This document shows positions 1-7,548 of a DNA stretch of 64,000 nucleotides, in pieces. The DNA comes from Planctomycetota bacterium (GTDB lineage Bacteria > Planctomycetota > Phycisphaerae > Phycisphaerales > SM1A02). The position numbers were made by a program, and so were the translations under genes. Location: the NCBI GenBank assembly GCA_039796075.1, contig JBDKKN010000134.1:9484-73483 (forward strand), given 5' to 3'. The notes beneath the pieces were generated by a model. That model did not search any database. It was not told the origin of the DNA and worked only from the letters and a program-made list of their open reading frames with translations. The number at the start of each line of letters is the position of its first letter. Position 1 is the first letter of the stretch.

Positions 1-801
1 GGCGCTGGCCTGGCAGGGTTCGCAGTGGTGCTGGCACTGTCCGGCAATGATTCGTCAACCGTGCAGTCGGCGGGTAGCGCACCAGCGGTGGCGGCGAGCA
101 CCGATGCATCACGCGCGGTGAGTAACGCAACCAGCACCCCAGTCGCCCCGACCGTAAGTGTGACAACCAGCACGGCAAACCCTGCCACGCCCGCGACGAG
201 CGTTGAACCGAAGGCCGCCGCGGAGAAACCACCAGTCGTTCGTGCCGCCGATGCTGTTGACCTTGGCCTTGACCAGAAGATTCACGATGCCAAGGTTGTT
301 CTGGGAAACATCGTGCCAAAGAAGGATGCCAAGACTGGCGAGATGTTGCTCTACGCGGACGGTAAGTATGAAATTCGTGGACTCGGAACTCCTGAGTCCC
401 CCTACCGCGTCAGTTGGGAATGCCTGGCGAGCGCCTCAGAGAGTTACATGCCGCGTCTCCATGAGAACGAGATCCCACAACGGATTGCGCTCCTGCATGG
501 CAAAGTGCTCGAGATTGATGGGTACCAAGCGTTTCCACTGATGGTGAGTGAAACCAAGGAACTGATCGTCATGCTGAATCAATGGGATGGATGCTGCATC
601 GGCGTTCCGCCCACGCCCTACGACGCCGTTGAAGTGAAGTTGCTTGAGCCAGCCAAGCGCGGCGGTCGACATGCCGCGTTTAACTTTGGCGGCGTGCGCG
701 GGACGTTCCGCGTTGACCCATACCTTGTTGAGAATTGGTTGGTTGGCCTCTATATCCTTGACGGCGCCCGGATGGTTGAGGGCGCTAAACCAGAGCTGTA
801 A
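1..801 (+). CDS. DUF3299-like exported/membrane-anchored protein (5' end outside window)
   Basis: Frame 1 is open from base 1 and reads GAGLAGFAVVLAL, a hydrophobic anchor. An Ala/Thr/Pro/Ser-rich linker follows, then a C-terminal domain with NQWDGCCIGVPPTPYD. I recognise this double-Cys signature as DUF3299-type. Stop TAA at 799-801. Confidence 0.55.
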   Translation, partial: GAGLAGFAVVLALSGNDSSTVQSAGSAPAVAASTDASRAVSNATSTPVAPTVSVTTSTANPATPATSVEPKAAAEKPPVVRAADAVDLGLDQKIHDAKVVLGNIVPKKDAKTGEMLLYADGKYEIRGLGTPESPYRVSWECLASASESYMPRLHENEIPQRIALLHGKVLEIDGYQAFPLMVSETKELIVMLNQWDGCCIGVPPTPYDAVEVKLLEPAKRGGRHAAFNFGGVRGTFRVDPYLVENWLVGLYILDGARMVEGAKPEL

Positions 802-867
802 TCCGAACCTCATGACCGATGCGTGCAGAGTCTTGTGCCACGCGATCTGCCTGCCTGCACCCCGTTG

Positions 868-2733
868 ATGGAACCCACCATGATTCATGTATGCCTGACT
901 CTCACGCTTGCGCTTTCGCAGACTCCACCGGTAGCGACCGACCCGACTGCGGTGCCCAATGCAAGTGCGGTGCCTGCCGCGCCTGAGGTGGCGGAGGTAC
1001 CTGTCGCGACTGCAGTGCCCGCCGCGACTGCAGTGCCCGCCGCAACTGCGGCCACAACAACGCTCGCGGAGCGGCGCAACACCGCGTCGCTCACTGCCGC
1101 CATTGAAGGCCTGTGCGCGCGCTATCCAACGAGCATGGTGGTGTCCAGCATCGGCAACAGCGCCGGTCGACGCACCATTCCGCTGCTGACACTTTCTGCC
1201 AATCCATCCACGGCGGGCGATCGGCCCGCCATCCTGATGCTTGCTGGCATGGACGGTCCGCGCTGGTCCGGTACGGAGGCTGCATTGATTGCCGCTGAGG
1301 CGATCGCGCGCGATCACGCGGACATGCTCCGCGCGGTGACGGTGTATGTCATTCCACGCGGTAATCCTGACGCTGCGGAAGGTTTTTCCACCGACCCGCG
1401 CCGCGATTATTCCGGCGACGGCATCGTGCATGACAATGATCGCGATGGCACTCGAGAGGAAGACCGCCCACGTGATCTGAACGGCGACGGACTAATCACG
1501 CAGATCCGCGCATCCGCAAATTCCACGCCATGGACAGCGCCGACACTGATCGCCGACGCAGCGGAACTGCGGCTACTGCGTGCCCCGGACGCCAAGTTGG
1601 GCGAAGTTCCCGTGTACGCCGTTTGGACGGAAGGCATCGACACCGATGGAGACGGCCGCATTGCTGAGGACTGGCTGGGCGGCATTGATCCAGAGCGGAA
1701 CTTTCCGCATCGGTGGCCAGAATTTGAAGACGAAGCAGGCTCGTACCCGTTGATTGCACCGGAAAGTAAGGCGATTGCTGACTTTGTGATGTCGCACCCA
1801 ACGCTCTTTGCTGCGTTTGTATTGGGTCGCCATGACACGGTGATCAATGTCCCAGACGGCAAGGGACGCACGCCGGGCGGAGTGCCGGTGATGCTTGACG
1901 AAGCCGATGTTGCAACGTTTGCAGAACTTGCAAAGTCATGGCGCGAACTCAGCGGACAGAAGCGAGCTGATGCGCGTGATAGCGGCGGAAGCTTTGTTGC
2001 GTGGATGAACGCGCAACGTGGCGTTCCAACATTTGCTTCAACGTTGTGGGGTCGTCCGGATGCTCCGGCGGCGGAAGCGCCCAAGCCCGCAGACGCCCCG
2101 AATGCAGACAAAGCGGCAGACAAGGCAGCGGATAAGAAGGCGGACAGGAAAGACGCCCCCAAGCCAGCCGACGCGGAAGCAGCAGCCTGGCTTGAATACA
2201 GTGACCGCGTGTGCAACGGAGTGGGATTCGTGCCGTGGACTCGTATTGATCACCCGCAATTGCGCAACGTTGAAGTGGGTGGATGGGTCCCTGGTTTCCG
2301 TGAGAACCCGCCGATTGCTCAAGTACCCGCTCTGGGCGAGGCGTGTGCAAAGTTCATCGCAGCCGTTGCGGACGCTCGTCCGAAGATCGCCATTTCCGAG
2401 CCAACCGTACTGGCGGTGGGACCTTCGCTGTGGCGGATTGAAACGCGCCTCACCAACACTGGTCGCTTGCCATCGGTCATGCGCGGAGGTCGCGCCGATC
2501 TGGTGACGCCGGCACATGTCATTCGTCTTGCAGCGCCCATGGATCGGATTCAGGCGGGTAACCGCAACGACATCATCCGTGGAATTGATGCTGGCAGCGA
2601 TCGCGTGTATTCATGGCTGGTCAACGTACCGCCTGGTGAAGAGGTAGCGGTAGAACTGCTCTACAACGGCAAGTCAGCACAGCGTTGGGCGTTTCGTGAC
2701 GGAGAGAAAATCGAAGCGGAGGGCAGCAAGTGA
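868..2733 (+). CDS. M14 carboxypeptidase-like protein, apparently lacking the HxxE zinc motif (pseudo-peptidase candidate)
   Basis: The ORF is open from a GTG at 823. ATG codons at 868 and 880 precede the signal-like MIHVCLTLTLALSQ, so the start is uncertain. It is collinear with the downstream M14 paralog: both share (I/V)P(L/R)xNPD, DND(G/R)DG...D(M/L)(D/N)GDG(H/L)ITQ(M/I) and NRNFP/ERNFP. At the HANE position it reads DGPR. A Lys/Ala/Asp/Pro low-complexity linker (ADKAADKAADKKADRKDAPKPAD) lies before the C-terminal domain. Confidence 0.7.
   Translation: MEPTMIHVCLTLTLALSQTPPVATDPTAVPNASAVPAAPEVAEVPVATAVPAATAVPAATAATTTLAERRNTASLTAAIEGLCARYPTSMVVSSIGNSAGRRTIPLLTLSANPSTAGDRPAILMLAGMDGPRWSGTEAALIAAEAIARDHADMLRAVTVYVIPRGNPDAAEGFSTDPRRDYSGDGIVHDNDRDGTREEDRPRDLNGDGLITQIRASANSTPWTAPTLIADAAELRLLRAPDAKLGEVPVYAVWTEGIDTDGDGRIAEDWLGGIDPERNFPHRWPEFEDEAGSYPLIAPESKAIADFVMSHPTLFAAFVLGRHDTVINVPDGKGRTPGGVPVMLDEADVATFAELAKSWRELSGQKRADARDSGGSFVAWMNAQRGVPTFASTLWGRPDAPAAEAPKPADAPNADKAADKAADKKADRKDAPKPADAEAAAWLEYSDRVCNGVGFVPWTRIDHPQLRNVEVGGWVPGFRENPPIAQVPALGEACAKFIAAVADARPKIAISEPTVLAVGPSLWRIETRLTNTGRLPSVMRGGRADLVTPAHVIRLAAPMDRIQAGNRNDIIRGIDAGSDRVYSWLVNVPPGEEVAVELLYNGKSAQRWAFRDGEKIEAEGSK
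1006..1053 (+). repeat. In-frame 18-bp tandem repeat (gcgactgcagtgcccgcc x2 plus a partial third copy) encoding ATAVPA repeats
   Basis: Direct reading: 1006-1023 and 1024-1041 are identical, and 1042-1053 is a degenerate continuation. It lies in the N-terminal low-complexity region of the M14-like CDS. Confidence 0.8.
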
Positions 2734-4496
2734 ATATTCGCCTTCTTGCATCGGTGTTTGCATGTGGTCTGTGCTTTGCTACGCATGCACAGCAGCAGAT
2801 CAATTCCAAAGTAGAGATTCCCTTCAACCGCTTTAGTGATGTGGAGACGTTGCAGTCCTACATGTTCAAGTTGGCGGAGTCGTATCCATCGCTGTGCCGC
2901 GTGGAGCGCATTGGCACCACTGCCCTGGGACGACCGTTCTTGGCGATGGTCATCAACAATCGCCAGACCGGTGACGAAGGCACCAAGCCCGCCATGTATA
3001 TCGATGGCGCTATTCATGCCAACGAGATCCAAGCCGGCGAGACCGTGCTGTACACGGCGTGGTACTTGCTCTCTGGCTATGGCACCATTCCGAAGGTCAC
3101 CGAACTAGTCGATCGCAGCACTTTCTACCTCATTCCACTGGTGAATCCGGACGGACGCGCTGAGTGGTTTGCCAATGCAAACACTCCAAATTCCGCACGC
3201 ACTGGACAGAAGCCCGTCGACAATGACGGCGATGGCGTTGCCGATGAAGATGGTCCGGACGACATGGATGGCGACGGTCACATCACCCAGATGTGGAGGC
3301 CCGATCCGTTTGGGACACACCGCCGTGATCCGCGAGATGCCAATCGAATGATTCCCGTACCACGCGAACCGAAGGCGGATGGAACGCGCGAGTACGGCGA
3401 CTGGGTGATGGCTGGCCAGGAAGGTATCGACAACGATGGAGATGGCCGCGTCAACGAGGATGGCCCGGGCGGCTATGACATGAATCGGAACTTCCCTTCG
3501 GGATGGGAGCCAGAGAACATTCAGAACGGCGCGGGTGCGTATCCGTTGTGCTGGCCAGAGACCAAGGCCCTTGCGGATTGGGTGCTTTCTAAGCCACAGA
3601 TCGCGGCGGCGCAGGCGTATCACAACGCCGGTGGAATGATCCTTCGCGGACCCGGTTCGGACACGCGCGAAGGCGACTACCCCGCCGCAGACGTGGGCGT
3701 TTACTCACGAATTCAGGCGGTCGGCGCAGAAATGCTGCCGTTCTACCGCTCAATGGTGATCCACAAGGATCTGTACACGGTGCACGGCGGCGTAGTGAAT
3801 TGGTTCGCGGAGGGGCTCGGAATTGTCTCGCTGACCAATGAACTGTGGACCGAGAAGCGCATCATGCAGAACGGTCAAGATCCCACCGACGAACAGGACC
3901 GCAAGTGGAACGAACGCATGCTGTTTGGCCAAACCACTGTTCCGCTGCACGAAGTGAAACATCCGGAGTTCGGCACCGTGCTGGTGGGCGGAGGAACCAA
4001 GTTTTCCTCGCGTATCCCACCGCCGTTCATGATGGAAGAAGAGTTGCACCGCAACTTTGCATTCACCATGTTCCACGCGGATCAGATGCCACTCCTTCGC
4101 TTTGAAAGCGTGGAGACCAAGGAACTTGCACCACAACTGTGGCAAGTCACCGTCACGGTCGCTAACGATCGCCTCATCCCAAGTCGCACCGCGCGAGCGG
4201 CCGACAAGGGCATCGGCCTCGCCGACACGCTGACCCTTACTGGCGCTGAAGTGGTTGCAGCAGGAACACTCGATCGTCGCACGGACCGAACCCTTGATCC
4301 GCAAGGATTTCAGCCAGCCACGCTCCGATTTGAACGAGGCGTTCCCGGGCAGTCAAGCGTTGCAGCACGATTCCTTGTGAAGGGAAGCGCCGGAACCGCG
4401 ATCACGCTTGCTTGGAATGCCGAAAAGGCAAAGCGCATTGAAAGCACCCTGAAACTGGGAGAATCAACCCTTCCCGCGGCGGGCGCAGCGAAGTGA
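2730..4496 (+). CDS. M14 family zinc carboxypeptidase (secreted)
   Basis: Signal peptide MNIRLLASVFACGLCFATHAQQ. Intact HxxE zinc motif (DGAIHANEIQAGE), LIPLVNPDGRAEW, NRNFP and AYHNAGGMILRGPG. The GTG start overlaps the upstream stop (GTGA at 2730-2733). Confidence 0.85.
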   Translation: MNIRLLASVFACGLCFATHAQQQINSKVEIPFNRFSDVETLQSYMFKLAESYPSLCRVERIGTTALGRPFLAMVINNRQTGDEGTKPAMYIDGAIHANEIQAGETVLYTAWYLLSGYGTIPKVTELVDRSTFYLIPLVNPDGRAEWFANANTPNSARTGQKPVDNDGDGVADEDGPDDMDGDGHITQMWRPDPFGTHRRDPRDANRMIPVPREPKADGTREYGDWVMAGQEGIDNDGDGRVNEDGPGGYDMNRNFPSGWEPENIQNGAGAYPLCWPETKALADWVLSKPQIAAAQAYHNAGGMILRGPGSDTREGDYPAADVGVYSRIQAVGAEMLPFYRSMVIHKDLYTVHGGVVNWFAEGLGIVSLTNELWTEKRIMQNGQDPTDEQDRKWNERMLFGQTTVPLHEVKHPEFGTVLVGGGTKFSSRIPPPFMMEEELHRNFAFTMFHADQMPLLRFESVETKELAPQLWQVTVTVANDRLIPSRTARAADKGIGLADTLTLTGAEVVAAGTLDRRTDRTLDPQGFQPATLRFERGVPGQSSVAARFLVKGSAGTAITLAWNAEKAKRIESTLKLGESTLPAAGAAK

Positions 4497-5869
4497 GCCA
4501 AACCGGCTCGGATACGAGCCACCGCGACGTGGCGCACAGCGATCTCGCTCACAGTGATGTCGCGCACTGCGACGTGGCCATCGTCGGTGCCGGTGCGGCT
4601 GGATTGTTTGCATCGATCTGGGCCGCCCGCTCCGCACGGGCTGCTGGTGCACCGCTTCGGGTCGTGGCGTTCGACGGTGCGCGGCGATTGGGAGCGAAGA
4701 TCCTGGTGGCGGGCGGCGGTCGTTGCAATGTCACGCACTGGCGTGTTGATGATGCTGACTACGCTGGCAGTACGCCAAGCGCCATTCGCACCGTGTTGCG
4801 TCGATTCGGCGTGGAACCGACGGTGCAGTTCTTTGCGGAACTCGGCGTTGAGTTGAAGCGCGAAGAAACCGGAAAATTGTTCCCAGTATCTGACGACGCA
4901 CACAGCGTCCTCAATGCACTGCTCGCCGCGGCGCGCGATGCAGGGGTTCGACTTTCGCACCCAAACCGCGTGACCTCCATTGTCGCCACGTCAGCGGGAT
5001 TTCGCCTTACTACCAACGGCAATTCCCCTGGGCATCCTGGGGTCAACGAACACGCGAGTACCTCCGCAGAATTGATCGCTCGCCGAGTGATCCTGTGCAC
5101 GGGTGGCAAGGCGCTTCCCAAGTCTGGGTCAGATGGCGCGGGCTTGGACATGGTGCGTTCCTTGGGCCACTCCGTGACAGAACACCTGATTCCAGCACTG
5201 GTGCCGCTGCGATTACCCGCTGGGCATTGGATCACGGAACTGAGCGGTCTCACTGTTGCAGCACAACTCACTTTGCGGTCCGGAACCGGCAAGAAATTGG
5301 TTGCATTCACCGATAGCACGCTGTGCACGCACTTTGGAATTTCCGGGCCAAGTGTCCTCAATATCAGTCGCTTCTTGTTGATGGAGCAATTCATCGATCC
5401 CGGCGCGCGCCTGGAACTTTCCTGGACACCCGGTGTAGAAGTGGATGCCATTGATCGCGCACTGATCGATGCCAAGGGTCGAGGCGTTGGAACCGTACTT
5501 CGGGCCTACCTGCCGGAGCGACTCATGCGCGCCGTGTGCGCCGCCAGTAGCGTGGACCCCGCAGCGACCGCGCAGCAATTGCCGCGCGAGCAACGACGCG
5601 CGCTGGCGCAATGTGTTGCCGGCACCCCGCTACCGATTTCCGGCGACCGCGGGTTCACCTTTGCAGAAGCCACCGCGGGCGGGGTTCCGCTGGCCGAACT
5701 ACGGCTGCAAACCATGGAAAGCCGAACCGTTCCCGGTTTGTATCTGGCCGGTGAAGTGTGTGATGTTGATGGCCGCATCGGCGGCTTCAACTTTCAGTGG
5801 GCTTGGGCGAGCGGTTACGTTGCCGGGTTGAGCGCGGCTCAATCACTGCTGTCTTCCGCGGCTGGATGA
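4493..5869 (+). CDS. BaiN/HI0933-type (aminoacetone oxidase family) FAD-binding flavoprotein
   Basis: Rossmann motif DVAIVGAGAAGLFAS, followed by ILVAGGGRCNVTH and a C-terminal GLYLAGEVCDVDGRIGGFNFQWAWASG. These are characteristic of the HI0933/YhiN/BaiN family. The GTG start overlaps the upstream stop (4493-4496). Confidence 0.8.
   Translation: MSQTGSDTSHRDVAHSDLAHSDVAHCDVAIVGAGAAGLFASIWAARSARAAGAPLRVVAFDGARRLGAKILVAGGGRCNVTHWRVDDADYAGSTPSAIRTVLRRFGVEPTVQFFAELGVELKREETGKLFPVSDDAHSVLNALLAAARDAGVRLSHPNRVTSIVATSAGFRLTTNGNSPGHPGVNEHASTSAELIARRVILCTGGKALPKSGSDGAGLDMVRSLGHSVTEHLIPALVPLRLPAGHWITELSGLTVAAQLTLRSGTGKKLVAFTDSTLCTHFGISGPSVLNISRFLLMEQFIDPGARLELSWTPGVEVDAIDRALIDAKGRGVGTVLRAYLPERLMRAVCAASSVDPAATAQQLPREQRRALAQCVAGTPLPISGDRGFTFAEATAGGVPLAELRLQTMESRTVPGLYLAGEVCDVDGRIGGFNFQWAWASGYVAGLSAAQSLLSSAAG
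4526..4585 (+). repeat. Imperfect in-frame 15-bp tandem repeat x4 encoding (D[VL]AH[SC]) pentapeptides
   Basis: The units are gacgtggcgcacagc / gatctcgctcacagt / gatgtcgcgcactgc / gacgtggccatcgtc. They encode DVAHS DLAHS DVAHC DVAIV and run directly into the Rossmann GxGxxG. Confidence 0.6.
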
Positions 5870-7025
5870 GGCCCGCGAGCGTTCCTGCTGCTCGCAACAC
5901 AATCGCTCGCAGAGCCGCCAGTCCACTCGGCGGAGGCGGCACCCCGCGCACTTTCTTACGAGTGCGGCGCACTACCGGAATCAACTTTGCAAATGCTTGC
6001 GGCGCGTGCTGACGAATGAACTCAATCTCATTCTCAGTGGTTTCCACCTCGCTGAAAGCGCGCTTGCCATGACCACATGCGCCATGTTGCAAGGCGTGCG
6101 TCAATTCATGAATCAGGACGGCGATCGCCAAGATCCGCGTTTCCAGCTCAATTCCACCGGGCGGCGTTGAGTAACGAGCACGAGCACGACGGTACGTGTG
6201 CCAATACGCGCTTGCTCCTGGAGCAACACGGAGCAGAATGTGCGGGCGATCAAAGCCATGCGCGTGGCGCTGGTAGTAGGCGCTGGCGCCACGGCCTCGA
6301 CGCCAGCGGATCGGCGTGGACGCCAGCGTGGCGCGTTGATCGGAGCTGAGTTGATAGCGGGTTACTACGAATTCAACAGCCGATTCCTGAATGTCTGCAC
6401 GGAGTTTCGCGGTCAGGCGTGGGCCCGACGCAGCGCGTGGTGGCGCCACGGCCCGTGCACTTCGCACGAGGCGCGTGCCGGACGAAGTCGCACCGGGTGG
6501 GTGTGCTGAAAGGATGTCGCGGATGGAACCGACAAAGTCCGCCACCGCCGCCGGATCTGCCGGCGCGTGCTCGCCGCGTTCGACAGCGCGATACCAGTCC
6601 GCAACCTGCCAGGCGCGCGTGGCTTCCACTGCGTCAAACCGAGGAATCAGATGCATGTGTAGATGCGGCGCACCTTGGCCGAATGCGATGGCATAGACAC
6701 GGTCACAGCCGGTCACCTCACGGATGGCGCGAGACACGGTGCGTAATGCGCGCCCAAATTCGTCAGCTTCCGCATCGTGAAAATCTGCCGGGCCCTGCAC
6801 GTGTCGAACGGCGCTGAGGCATGTCCACCCCACCAGCGGCGCCGGTAATGGATGATGACGAACGATCCAATGTGGACCACGGTGGCACTCAAGCGCCGCG
6901 AAATCATTGGCACCGGAAACCGGAGCAAGCGGTGCACTTACAGCGTGTTCATTGACGGTCGCGTCTGCAGCGCTTGCATGAATGCGACAAATATCGCATG
7001 CGCCTGCAGCTGCCGGATTGTTCAC
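5787..7025 (-). CDS. HIT-family nucleotide hydrolase/transferase domain fused to a SprT-like HExxH zinc-metalloprotease domain
   Basis: N-terminal half: CDICR...GAPHLHMHLIPRF, the histidine-triad HxHxHxx motif. C-terminal half: IRWRRGRGASAYY...LIHELTHALQHGACGHGKRAF, an HExxH plus a downstream HG as in SprT/DUF45-type metallopeptidases. The tail is basic and proline-rich. The start ATG overlaps the stop of the upstream MazG-like gene (7022-7025). Confidence 0.65.
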   Translation of the reverse strand: MNNPAAAGACDICRIHASAADATVNEHAVSAPLAPVSGANDFAALECHRGPHWIVRHHPLPAPLVGWTCLSAVRHVQGPADFHDAEADEFGRALRTVSRAIREVTGCDRVYAIAFGQGAPHLHMHLIPRFDAVEATRAWQVADWYRAVERGEHAPADPAAVADFVGSIRDILSAHPPGATSSGTRLVRSARAVAPPRAASGPRLTAKLRADIQESAVEFVVTRYQLSSDQRATLASTPIRWRRGRGASAYYQRHAHGFDRPHILLRVAPGASAYWHTYRRARARYSTPPGGIELETRILAIAVLIHELTHALQHGACGHGKRAFSEVETTENEIEFIRQHAPQAFAKLIPVVRRTRKKVRGVPPPPSGLAALRAIVLRAAGTLAGLIQPRKTAVIEPRSTRQRNRSPKPTES

Positions 7026-7360
7026 TTGGTTCCCTCAGGGCCGCCATCAGCGATGTACTTGGCATGAATGGCCTGCTCCAAGTCCACACCAGCGATGTTC
7101 GCCAGTGTGGTCAGCCACGCCAGGACGTCAGCAAACTCCTCTTCCAAGTTGGCGCGGTCCGGTGTTCCCTTCTCCAATTTGCCAAGCGCGTGAGCCAATT
7201 CACCCACCTCCTCAGCAAACCAAAGAAAGGTCTTTGCGGCGCCACGCGCACTGTCAGTGGCGTAGTACCGCTCATGGATCATCCGCTGAAAATCACGAAT
7301 AGCCATCGGATTGATTGGAGCGGCGGCATTACCAGGGTGTGCGTTCGTTGCGTCAGGCAT
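7022..7360 (-). CDS. MazG-like nucleotide pyrophosphohydrolase (small single-domain type)
   Basis: 112 aa with FQRMIHERYY...TFLWFAEEVGELAHAL...EEEFADVLAWLTTLANIAGVDLEQAI. This is the EExxE...E/D helical signature of the MazG/all-alpha NTP-PPase family. Confidence 0.8.
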   Translation of the reverse strand: MPDATNAHPGNAAAPINPMAIRDFQRMIHERYYATDSARGAAKTFLWFAEEVGELAHALGKLEKGTPDRANLEEEFADVLAWLTTLANIAGVDLEQAIHAKYIADGGPEGTK

Positions 7361-7392
7361 GTGGGATTACGCGCAGCAGCGCGGCAGGAAAG

Positions 7393-7466
7393 CGTCCTCG
7401 GGGGGAGTCGAACCCACAACCTCCGCCTTCGGAGGGCGGCGCTCTATCCAGTTGAGCTACGAGGAC
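7393..7466 (-). tRNA. tRNA-Arg (anticodon CCG)
   Basis: The reverse complement reads GTCCTCG TA GCTC AACTGGATA GAGC G CCGCC CTCCGAA GGCGG AGGTT GTGGG TTCGACT CCCCC CGAGGAC G. The acceptor stem is a perfect 7 bp, and the anticodon loop CT-CCG-AA gives the anticodon. The T-stem has one T.C mismatch. No CCA is encoded. Confidence 0.85.
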
Positions 7467-7548
7467 ATGAACGGACGAACAGATGATCCGCCGGGCAGTG
7501 TAGAGCCCAATCCCGCTGAGAAGCAACCGCGACACTGCGTTACTGAAT

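Noticed and set aside
436-1431. 331-aa minus-strand ORF
   Set aside because: It is antisense to two better-supported plus-strand genes (DUF3299-like and M14-like). Its Arg/Gly/His-rich composition is typical of shadow ORFs in high-GC DNA, and it has no motif.
7361-7548. Possibility that tRNA-Arg(CCG) marks an integrated island containing the MazG/HIT-SprT genes
   Set aside because: No integrase, recombinase or excisionase is present, and I did not spot a direct repeat of the tRNA 3' end nearby. The flanking genes look like ordinary chromosomal content with the same compositional feel. The idea cannot be excluded without a repeat search and comparative genomics.
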